Shown piece after piece: positions 54,231-64,000 of a stretch of 64,000 bases of DNA. A model generated the notes under the pieces. The model saw only the letters and a program-made list of their open reading frames with translations. It was not told where the DNA came from and made no database searches. This DNA comes from Octopus vulgaris (lineage: Eukaryota). Location: NCBI GenBank assembly GCA_951406725.2, contig OX597830.1, positions 9,176,001 to 9,240,000 on the forward strand, given 5' to 3'. How positions within the stretch are numbered: the stretch's first letter is position 1; the number at the start of each line of letters is the position of its first letter. A program made the translations under genes and the position numbers.

Positions 54231-54642
54231 CCCGTAACTGACGCAGCAAATCGCTGGGTGTGTCTCTTGGCAATCAGCAATCACCAACCATCATATCTCA
54301 TTCTGCATTCAGTGTCACCATCATTTCTACGTCCAAATGAATCACCACAAAAATGTTCAATACAAATTCACAATACACTAAACAATAAAACTATCCAAAT
54401 AAATGTGCTGTTACACATTTAAATATACTGGGGAACGACACAATATATTTGAGATTCCCTTAGAAGTTGAGCACTTGAAAAAGTGAATAATTTACAGTTA
54501 TTCCTGCGAGAGTATTTCTAAGTAAAACATTTTCCTTTTGATATTATCCAATTACTCAGGCTTACCCGGATTTATGCGTGTCGACAATGACTTTGACACA
54601 CCAATAACTATCTCTCTCCCCTCTTTCTCCCCACATTCTCTG

Positions 54643-54740
<98 letters not shown>

Positions 54741-55001
54741 ACACGGTTTTGCTTCATATCTACGAACGTCAGTAATCATGGGTCTCTATGCGAAAATCTT
54801 AAGATTCCTGATTTTCCCTGAGAGAGTTCCAGAAATGGAGTACTTTTGCCTTCTGTTGGTTTATTTTGAGTTTCCTCCGCTGGTCTCCTGTTCTCTTGAG
54901 TATACCTTTGAGTCTCAGGGTTTATTCAAATCTTAGGGTGAAAAACTGGTTCACGCGATAAGAGAACATGTCTACTCATCATGGGGTTTTTGCGACACAT
55001 A

Positions 55002-55217
55002 CAAGGGGTACTGAAAAGCTCCTGGCTTTAAGGGTATCTTGAAAGGCCTAGCTGGAGGTCCAACTTTCCGGGCTCTTTTACAGGATTTAGAAAAGCTGAA
55101 GGACCGCTGCAATAAGTGTGTGAATCTGAGAGAGGAATATGTTGATTAAAATCACAATTAACTAATCTGCCTGTATTTTCTTTTACCCAAAACCAGGAAC
55201 TTTTCAGCACCCCCTCG
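55002..55217 (-). mobile_element. Mariner-derived MITE (~216 bp)
   Basis: TA-caaggggtactgaaaagctcctgg ... ccaggaacttttcagcaccccctcg-TA. Confidence 0.85.
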
Positions 55218-55641
55218 TATCTAGGAGCCAGTCTCACACCGAGTCCTTTTTGCTTTAAGCCACAGCTCCATATTTTGCTATTTGACCTACACCTAGAGCC
55301 AACAGGAACTACCATCATATGTCAGCGGAATTGTGAGTTGTAGTAACCGAGGAGTGACTTCGTATTTTCCCAAACATGTGAACTTCCGACATAGAGCCTT
55401 ACTATCGGATTAAGATTAATGTCTTAGCCAAGACAACAATAAACTACTCAATGACAACTAAGGTCGTACGTGTTAAGCAAAAAATAATAAAAAAGCCAAA
55501 ATAAAACTGGTTCATGTTATCACAGGGTAATACATTTGATAATAAGAACCACAAAATGGCGCCCGTTTAACGCTTGGTGCGAAATTATCTTTTTACAACG
55601 TTGATGATTTTTGACCGTTTTAATTCATCAAAATAGCAAGA

Positions 55642-55767
55642 ATTAACTTGAATACATTCAACCCTTACATTGTGAGATTAACTTGAATACATTCAACCCT
55701 TACATTGTGAGATTAACTTGAATACATTCAACCCTTACATTGTGAGATTAACTTGAATACATTCAAC
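55642..55767. repeat. Perfect 35-bp tandem repeat, 3.6 copies
   Basis: attaacttgaatacattcaacccttacattgtgag at 55642, 55677, 55712 and partial 55747. Confidence 0.97.
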
Positions 55768-56145
55768 TCTTCTAATATAAGTTGTTTGCAAACATTAAAT
55801 ATTAACGCCTGTCTTTTTAAACACTTGATTAAAATGGCTGTTTTTCAGATTCACTTTATTCATACGAAATAAAACAATTGTTTAATTTTTCTTTGTGGCA
55901 CACTTTGGCGATTTTGTTTTATTAAAAAAACAAAACAAAACAAAAAGCATAAAAAGCAAACAGGAAAGTTCTTTCATGCAAAATCGTTTTTGGATTTGAT
56001 GTTGAATAGTTTTGCATTTGACCAGATTACGTAATTACCCACAATGCATTTACGCAGTATCAAAATGCATACCGTGTATGTGCTTACATACATACATACA
56101 CACGCATGTGCCTACATACTTACATATATACATAGATACATATAT

Positions 56146-56188
<43 letters not shown>

Positions 56189-56189
<1 letters not shown>

Positions 56190-56446
56190 TTGTGAAATTA
56201 ACATGCAAGTGGCTGAGTATCCACAGACACGTGTACCCTTAACGTAGTTCTCGGGGAGATCCAGCGTGACACAGAGTGTGTCAAGGCTGGCCCTTCGAAA
56301 TACTGGTACAATTCATTTTTGCCAGCTGAGTGGACTGGAGTAATGAGAAATAAAGTGTCTTGCTCAAGGACACAACGCGTCGCCAGGAATTGAACTCATG
56401 ACCTTACAATCTGGAGCCGAATACCCTAACCACTAAGCCACGCGCC
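56189..56446 (-). mobile_element. SINE family D
   Basis: Head ggcgcgtggcttagtggttagggtattcggctc..gagttcaattcc. Confidence 0.8.
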
Positions 56447-56491
56447 CAAACCTCTAAGCCACCCACCTTCACGATATATATATATGCACAC

Positions 56492-56522
<31 letters not shown>

Positions 56523-56649
56523 TGTATGTATGTATGTATGTATGTATGTATGTATGTATGTATGTATGTATGTATGTATGTGTATATTATATATATCTAT
56601 ATATATATATATATACCTTTATATGTGTGTGTGTGTGTTTAGTCTTTAA

Positions 56650-57012
56650 TCTTTTATCTTTGAGTTGTGTCAGTCATTAGATAACGACCATGCTGCAGCA
56701 CCGCCTTGAAGAAAATTTTATCGAATGAAGCGACTTCAGTTCTTTTATTTTAAAGACATGTACTTATTCCATCGAGAACTTTTGTCGAACTGTTAAGTTC
56801 CGGGGACGCAAACACACGCGCGCACACACACATATATACAGATACACACACACAGCGCGCTCTCACACAAACCCATATACACACACATACACACGCATGC
56901 GATGGACTTCTTTTTGATTTCTTCAACCAAATCCACATACAAGGCCTTCGTCGGTGCGGGGCTATAGTAGAAGACACTTGCTCAAGGTGCCACGCAGTGG
57001 GACTGAACCCGG
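56650..57012 (-). mobile_element. SINE family A, diverged
   Basis: Body and tail motifs. Confidence 0.7.
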
Positions 57013-57059
57013 GTTCATATGATTGGATTTAATCATACTATGTATCACCTTGGGCAAGT

Positions 57060-57129
<70 letters not shown>

Positions 57130-57392
57130 CAACAACAAATAATAATAATAATTATTATTATTAAAAACTCAGATTCCTCACCGTGCAACGTAAACTTTTG
57201 CAAGCTCATTACAGGAACCTAGTTTGTTGGGCCCAGGTGGACATACGACAGGGTTCTCCCAGTTTCAGACTACCTTTGGTCACCCTAGGTCAATAGCAGA
57301 AGACGGTTGCCTCAGATGCCAAGCATTGGGACTGAACCCGGAAGCATGTAGCTGACAAGCAAGAATATTACCACACAGCCAAGTTTGCCCCC

Positions 57393-57474
<82 letters not shown>

Positions 57475-57538
57475 ACACACACACACTCACACACGCACGG
57501 ATATATATATATATGCATATAAAATACATATACATACA

Positions 57539-57590
<52 letters not shown>

Positions 57591-58009
57591 GAGATACTGA
57601 GAGACGGAGAGAGGGGGAAGAGTGAGAGAAAAAGAGAGGGAGAAAAGGGGAGAGAGTGAGAGAGGAAGGGAGAGAGGCAGGGAGAAGATGAGAAGGAATA
57701 AGAATGTGACAGTGACCGTATTATGGCGTGTTATTTGAAATAATTACATCAGAACGTAGAGGCATGTTGTTGATAGTGACCTAGTTTGTCTGGTTTGGAT
57801 CTACCCTTAGCCCCCATCCTCCTTTGACACACTTTCATCTGTCTTCTGCCTTCTCTACCTACCCCAACTTAATGTATACTGGGGTGTAAGGGGTAAGGAA
57901 GCGGGCGCATCAGCCTCCCCATCGCTCTAATAAAACGCTATTAATTGTTCCACTTTAGGGCCGTTTTCAAGTGTCGTACGTGACAGTCAGACACACAAGT
58001 TAATAAAAA

Positions 58010-58350
58010 GGCCTGATACTTTCGGGGAGGCGGCCAGGCGATTAAATCGAACCCAGTACACAACTCGTATTTAATTTATCGACCCCGAAAGGATGAAAAG
58101 CGAAGTCGATAAATTAAGTACCAGTTACGCACTGGGGTCGATGTAATCGACTTAATCCGTTTGTCTATCCTTGTTTGTCCCCTCGTTGTGTAACCCCTTG
58201 TGGGCAGTAAAGAAATAGGTATTTCATCTGTCTTTTCGTTCTGAGTTCAAATTCTGCTGCGGTCGACTTTACCTTTCATCCTGTCGGGATCGATAAATTA
58301 AATACCAGTTGCGTACTGGGGTCGATCTAATCCACTGGCCTCCTTCCCCA
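58010..58350. mobile_element. Nin/Deu-domain SINE with inversion junction
   Basis: Minus fragment to ~58110 fused at gtcga to a plus-strand continuation. Confidence 0.75.
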
Positions 58351-59119
58351 GAATATAAAAGAACGATAATAAACATGGGACGAACGCCATAGATGTAGAT
58401 GTAAGTCATACGGTTTCAATACTCGGTTGAATCTGTTATTCTTTAGCATTAACTTCACAGCATCACATTTTTAATATCTCATAAAATATATCTTTTGTTT
58501 TACCGTTAATGTCGTTGAGAAAAAAAAATCTATTTTTTTACTTCTCATAAAACAGAAGATCTAGACAGCAATGACACTGAAGGCTAAGAGAACAGAAAAG
58601 TAGAATCGGAAGAGTGAAATGGCAGTAAAAACAAACACACACACATAACAGCAAAAAAACAAAACAAAAAGTCTCACAATAGTAGTAACAGCAGTAACAA
58701 CAACAGCAACAACAACAACAGCAACAACAATAGCAGCGACAGGAAAAAAGCGCTGTTTTTTCCATCAGAGACAGAAACTGGCCAAGTTGAAGATGTTCAA
58801 AAGATAAAACTAAATGTTGCTCTTGTATTGGTATTCTCTTCTTGTTTTCTTCTTCCCGATAATTCCCAGAACAACCGAAGAGAAAATACTGCATTTGCTA
58901 AATTCTATATAAAAGACAAGATTCCTGTTGCTGTTTGGTGGCGTCAAGTCTTGAATTTCGGTGGAAGTTTTGCATATTTGCATTGCTGCTTACTTTGAAG
59001 TATTGCCATTCAATTGTTTGTCTTTCTGCTTATTCTTTGCCTCTTTGACAACAAGATGTCGCCGCTTAAAGGTTACAGAGAAGACATCGCAATAAAAGAA
59101 TCAAATGAAATTAAAATAA

Positions 59120-59580
59120 TTCTTCCGTATTTTGGCACAAGGCCAGAAATTTTGATGGGAGGGCGAGGTCGATTACATCGACCGCAGTACTTGACTGGTA
59201 CTTATTTTATCGGCCCCAAAAGAATAAAAAATGAAGTTAACGCTTGCGGGATTTGAACTCAGAACTTACATCCGGATGAAATACCGCTAAGCATTTTGTG
59301 ATAATCCTTTCTATTTTAGGCCTAAGGTCTGAACATTTTTTTGTGGGTGGAGAATCGATGTCATCGATCCCATATTAAACAGGTACGTGATTTATCAAAC
59401 TCGAAATGATAAAAGGTAAAGTTGACCACGGCGGGGATTCCTTTCTAATTTTCGCACAAGGCCAGCAGTTTTTGACAAGTGGTAAGTCGATTATATCGAC
59501 CGCAGGGCCCAATTGCTACTTATTTTACCTGCCCCGAAAGAATAAAAAGTAAAAGTCGACCTTGGTGGAATTTGAACCTA
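59120..59580 (-). mobile_element. Cluster of decayed Nin/Deu SINE fragments
   Basis: Three repeats of gtcgattacatcgacc..ggtacttattttatcg..aaagtcgacc-like blocks. Confidence 0.7.
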
Positions 59581-59590
59581 GAAGATAAAT

Positions 59591-59767
59591 AGGCGCAGGA
59601 GTGGCTGTGTGGTAAGTAGCTTGCTTACCAACAACATGGCTCTGGGTTCAGACTCACTGTGTGGCACCTTGGGCAAGTGACTTCTGCTATAGCCTCGGGC
59701 CAACACAAAGCCTATGAATGGATTTGGTAGATAGAAACTGAAAGAAGCCCGTCGTATATATGTATAA

Positions 59768-59808
<41 letters not shown>

Positions 59809-60214
59809 CGTGTATGTGCGTGTGTGCGTATGTGTTTGTGTGTCTGTATTTGTTTCCCCATCATCGCTTGACAAGCGATGTTGGTGTGTTTAGGTCCCCG
59901 TAAAGTAGCAGTTCGGCAAAAGTGACCGATGGAATAAGTACTAGGATTACAAAGAATAGTCATGGGGTCGATTTGTTCGACTAAAGGCGGTGCCCCAGCA
60001 TGGCCGGAGTCAAATTACTAAAAGAAATATAAAAAAATATGGAAGAGCGCAGGAGTGGCTGTGTGGTAAGTAGCTTGTTTACCAACCACATGGTTCCGGG
60101 TTCAGTCTCACTGCGTGGCATCTTGGGCAAGTGTCTTCTGCTATAACCCCGGGCCGACCAATGCCTTGTGAGTGGATTTGGTAGACGGAAACTGAAAGAA
60201 GCCCGTCGTATATA

Positions 60215-60274
<60 letters not shown>

Positions 60275-60494
60275 TGTGTGTGTTTGTATGTCTGTGTTTG
60301 TCCCCCTAGTATTGCTTCACAACCGATGCTGGTGTGTTTATGTCCCCGTTACTTAACGGTTCGGCAAAAGAGACCGATAGAATAAGTACTGGGCTTGCAA
60401 AAGTATAAGTTCCGGGGTCGATTTGCTCGACTAAAGGCGGTGCTCCAGCATGGCCACAGTCAAATGACTGAACCAAGTAAAAGAGTAAAAGAGT
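59591..60494 (+). mobile_element. Two tandem SINE family A copies (59591-60025; 60047-60494)
   Basis: Each has head gcgcaggagtggctgtgtggtaag and a tail. Confidence 0.92.
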
Positions 60495-60729
60495 ACGAAA
60501 TACCAATAAGCCTTTCATCCGATTCGCTGAAGTTTCTATCAACTTTCCACCTTAATTCATATTAATCCTCTGTCCTCGTTTGGGGACACTTGTATTTGGT
60601 TTATTTTCTGCAATCAAGGTTAACTGGTCGCTTCCGTATGCTTGTTATCCCTATTTATATAACTATCTTCAAAATTGCGACAGGGTTAACCTGGGTTAAA
60701 ATGGGTTAAATGAAATTAAAATAACCGCT

Positions 60730-60945
60730 TCAAATTTTGACATAAGGCCAGCAACTTCAGGGGCAGGGTTAAGACGATTATATCGACCCCCAGTGCTCAA
60801 CTGGAACTTATTTTATCGACCCCGAAAGAATGAAAGGCAAAGTCAACCTCGACAGGATTTGAACTCAGTTCACAAAGAACCGGAGGAAATGCCGCTATGC
60901 TTTTTAATCTGGCGTGTTAATAATTCTGCTAAGTCACCATCTTCT
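60730..60945 (-). mobile_element. Nin/Deu-domain SINE, diverged
   Basis: ttttatcgaccccgaaagaatgaaaggcaaagtcaacctcg..atttgaactc. Confidence 0.75.
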
Positions 60946-61269
60946 AATGAAATTAAAATAACAGGAAGTCATTACTGGAAGATGACCGGGTGGGTGATGT
61001 GGGTAATAATGTTTTGGCTGTGGTACTACTAGTTCGGTGCAAGTCCACTGATTTTATTACAGAGCGTAATACACTGTCAGTGTTACTGGTGCTTTATTTA
61101 TCGACCTTTGAATGATATAAAAGGTAATCCCAGCCGACCGGTTTTGACGAATGGAAAATGTAAGTAAAGTACTTAGTTTGGTGCACTGCCGTTTCCTCCC
61201 ATTTTCTAAACTGAATCTCCACTAGTTTCGCCAATGAGGGTTCAACTGTTTGATCAACTGAATTACCTG

Positions 61270-61750
61270 CGAACATCTAGCAGTAGTCAAGATTTAACGA
61301 CAGTGAACATCTGACATCAATGAACAAATATTAGTAAACATCTGGCATCAGTCAACATTCAGCAACAATGAACATCTGGAGTCGATCGACCGTTAGCAAA
61401 AGTGAACGTCAGGCATCTATCATAACATTTGTCATCGGTAAACAGTTGACAACAGTAAACATCTGAATTCCAACCAACAATTAACAAGAGTGAACTTCTG
61501 TTGTCAATTAGCAAATACCAGTGAACATCTGGCATAGATCAGTAGTTAACAACAGTGAATACCTGACATCACTTAACAACGGTGAACATTTAGCGTCAAT
61601 CAAGAAATAGCCATGAACGTCTGGCGCCAACTAACAGTTAACAACACTGGACATCTAGCATTAACTATAGCGGATACCTGGCACAACAATTAACAACAGT
61701 GATTAACTGGTGTTAATGAATAGTTAACAACGGTGAACTCCCGGCATCGG
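61270..61750. repeat. Degenerate array of ~16 GTGAACATCTGGCATC-like motifs
   Basis: Motif recurs every ~22-35 bp with AC-rich linkers. Confidence 0.75.
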
Positions 61751-62024
61751 CACACAACACAGTGTTTTTTACTCAACACTTCAATACTTTCATTTTTAGA
61801 TATATTTCGATTCGTGACCAAGATATGACCTTTTACCTCAACAGACGAATTTTTATCTCTTCCCGTTTGATTAAATCTGTCATAATTACATTCTCTTCTA
61901 ATTACATTCTGTTTTAATTACATTGTGTTATAATTACTTTGTGTTAAATTACATTTTGATATAATAATTAGATCCGGTTTAAGTTAGACACAGCAATAGT
62001 TACGCATACGTAATAACACATACA

Positions 62025-62066
<42 letters not shown>

Positions 62067-62624
62067 TACACACACATATGTGTGTGTGCCTGCGTGTGTG
62101 ATTGTATTCGTGTATTTGTATGTGTGTGTATATGTATGTATATACGTGTATGTGTGTATATGTTTTTGGGGAGAATATAAGTATGTATGCATGTATATAT
62201 ATATATATATATATACACATATATATACATATATACATGTGTATATATATTTATATATATACATTCATTCATAGAAACCTCTGTGTGTGCGTGCGTAGGT
62301 GTACTTAACCGTGTTGTAAAACAACCCTTAATGCTTGTTTGTAGAATTACTTCATTGAATCTATGATTCAATAATGAGTTCTCTGATTTCATTTCGTTGA
62401 GCTAATGATGATGGTATGAGTCGAAACATAACCAGGAACGATTGATTTCTCTCGTGCGTTTCTTTTTCGACGAATATGCATACTTACGTACATTTTATGT
62501 ATGTATATATGTATACATGTATACATGTATACATATGTATACATGAATATACATAAACACATATGTATAAGTATGTATATGTGTGTGTGTATTTATATTT
62601 ATAACTTAACCTTATGTACTTTCT

Positions 62625-62756
62625 AAAATCTCTGACAAAGCCTAGAGAAACACCCAAGTACCTCAATTTCATCTACTAATTACTTCAGTCTACTGGAGGG
62701 ATAAAGGTAGAATGAGGTATTTTTGCCTCTTGGCCGAAACAGCTGTAAGATATTTT
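62625..62756 (+). ncRNA. Degenerate type I hammerhead with very long stem II
   Basis: aaaatct-CTGACAA-agcctagag..nested helices..ctcttggcc-GAAA-cagctg-TA-agatatttt. Confidence 0.6.
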
Positions 62757-62997
62757 CCCAATTTCTATTCCTTTATGTTATATATTTTGATAATTACTAG
62801 TATCTTTATATATTATATATGTAAAGCATTATATGTTATACATGTATGTATATTCTTGTAATTGTCATTTTAGTACATATATAAATATATTGACATAATA
62901 TAATGTCTAAAAGCTGATGAATACCGCCTATTGATCCCATTCACTTTCTTATTGCTATATATATATATTCATACCTGTATATGTATATATATGTATG

Positions 62998-63050
<53 letters not shown>

Positions 63051-63113
63051 TATACATATGCAGGTATGTATATATATATATATTTATATCTGCATATGTA
63101 TATATATGTATGA

Positions 63114-63189
<76 letters not shown>

Positions 63190-63248
63190 GCAGGTATGTA
63201 TTGGCCGCGGCCTTCGGGCTAAAACGTTTTTAAGGATATATATATCTA

Positions 63249-63283
<35 letters not shown>

Positions 63284-63594
63284 TTGTGTTTGTGTGTGTG
63301 TATATGTATATACATATATACACTCACACACCATTATATAAACTACGGTATGAACCTTCTCACTAAAGTTCCGCCAGTTCTCAAGGGGATAAAAATGCAT
63401 TTAACTTTATTCTCCTCCATTAATGACATTTTCAACGACGTCGCTCAGTCACGTGACATTAAGATAGCGTCCACAATATGCCACGTGACTCTTAAATAAC
63501 CTATGCAACCTACACGCGCCCTTGTTTGCGTCTACCTGCTGCCTGGCTCTCTTTTGTTCCTTACATCCCATTTCTTTACACACGCGACCTACCC

Positions 63595-63657
<63 letters not shown>

Positions 63658-63926
63658 TATGTATATATATAGACATATATACCTATATATATATATGTAT
63701 ATTATATGTATTTGTGTGTGTATATATATATATATATGTGTATATGCACACGTCTTATATACACATGTTACGCGTGCAATATTTAACAATACAACCAAAA
63801 CATCTTTATACATACGTACGTATACACACTCGTGAATTCCCATGTGTACAGACCGGTCTGCTGTATATAATCTCCTGGGTTTTCTATCAGAATGTATAAT
63901 TTGTATACAGAGGCCACATGATGATA

Positions 63927-63977
<51 letters not shown>

Positions 63978-64000
63978 ATGATGATGATATGGATATTGTG

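Noticed and set aside
52659-54422. 587-aa poly-His/Ile and 466-aa poly-Asp ORFs (biomineral-like?)
   Set aside because: Derived from (CAT)n; the frame slips mid-array and there is no signal peptide or other coding evidence.
55642-55767. CRISPR-like 35-bp palindromic repeats
   Set aside because: Units are contiguous with no spacers; no cas genes; eukaryotic context.
58750-59090. Possible host exon in non-repetitive sequence (also 44570-44750)
   Set aside because: No recognisable protein motif or convincing splice-bounded frame.
61270-61750. CRISPR-like repeat/spacer pattern
   Set aside because: Repeats are short and degenerate, linkers resemble each other, and spacing is irregular.

Overview
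Gene-poor, repeat-dense eukaryotic DNA. The SINE families and very abundant microsatellites suggest a cephalopod (Octopus-like) genome; this is an inference from recognising the families, not a database result. I found no host protein-coding exon, and nearly all ORFs in the track are microsatellite artefacts. The one intact CDS is a DD34D mariner transposase (10175-11227, minus) inside a complete TIR/TA element. Other content: decayed mariner and Tc1 copies, MITEs, non-autonomous Helitron-like elements, LINE remnants (L1/Tx1-like, R4/Dong-like, RTE-like), a decayed Penelope-like GIY-YIG ORF, and dozens of tRNA-derived SINE copies and fragments. The most notable signal is about ten type I hammerhead ribozyme (HHR) or HHR-like motifs from several apparently unrelated families. 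They include (i) a 357-bp highly structured retrozyme-like unit with a 62-bp terminal direct repeat and an intact-looking U3:A8 variant HHR (26821-27239), and (ii) HHRs with long G-U-rich stem II insertions, one of them in a 131-bp inverted repeat whose right arm starts almost at the predicted cleavage site (41524-42064). All folds were parsed by eye; none was computed or tested.
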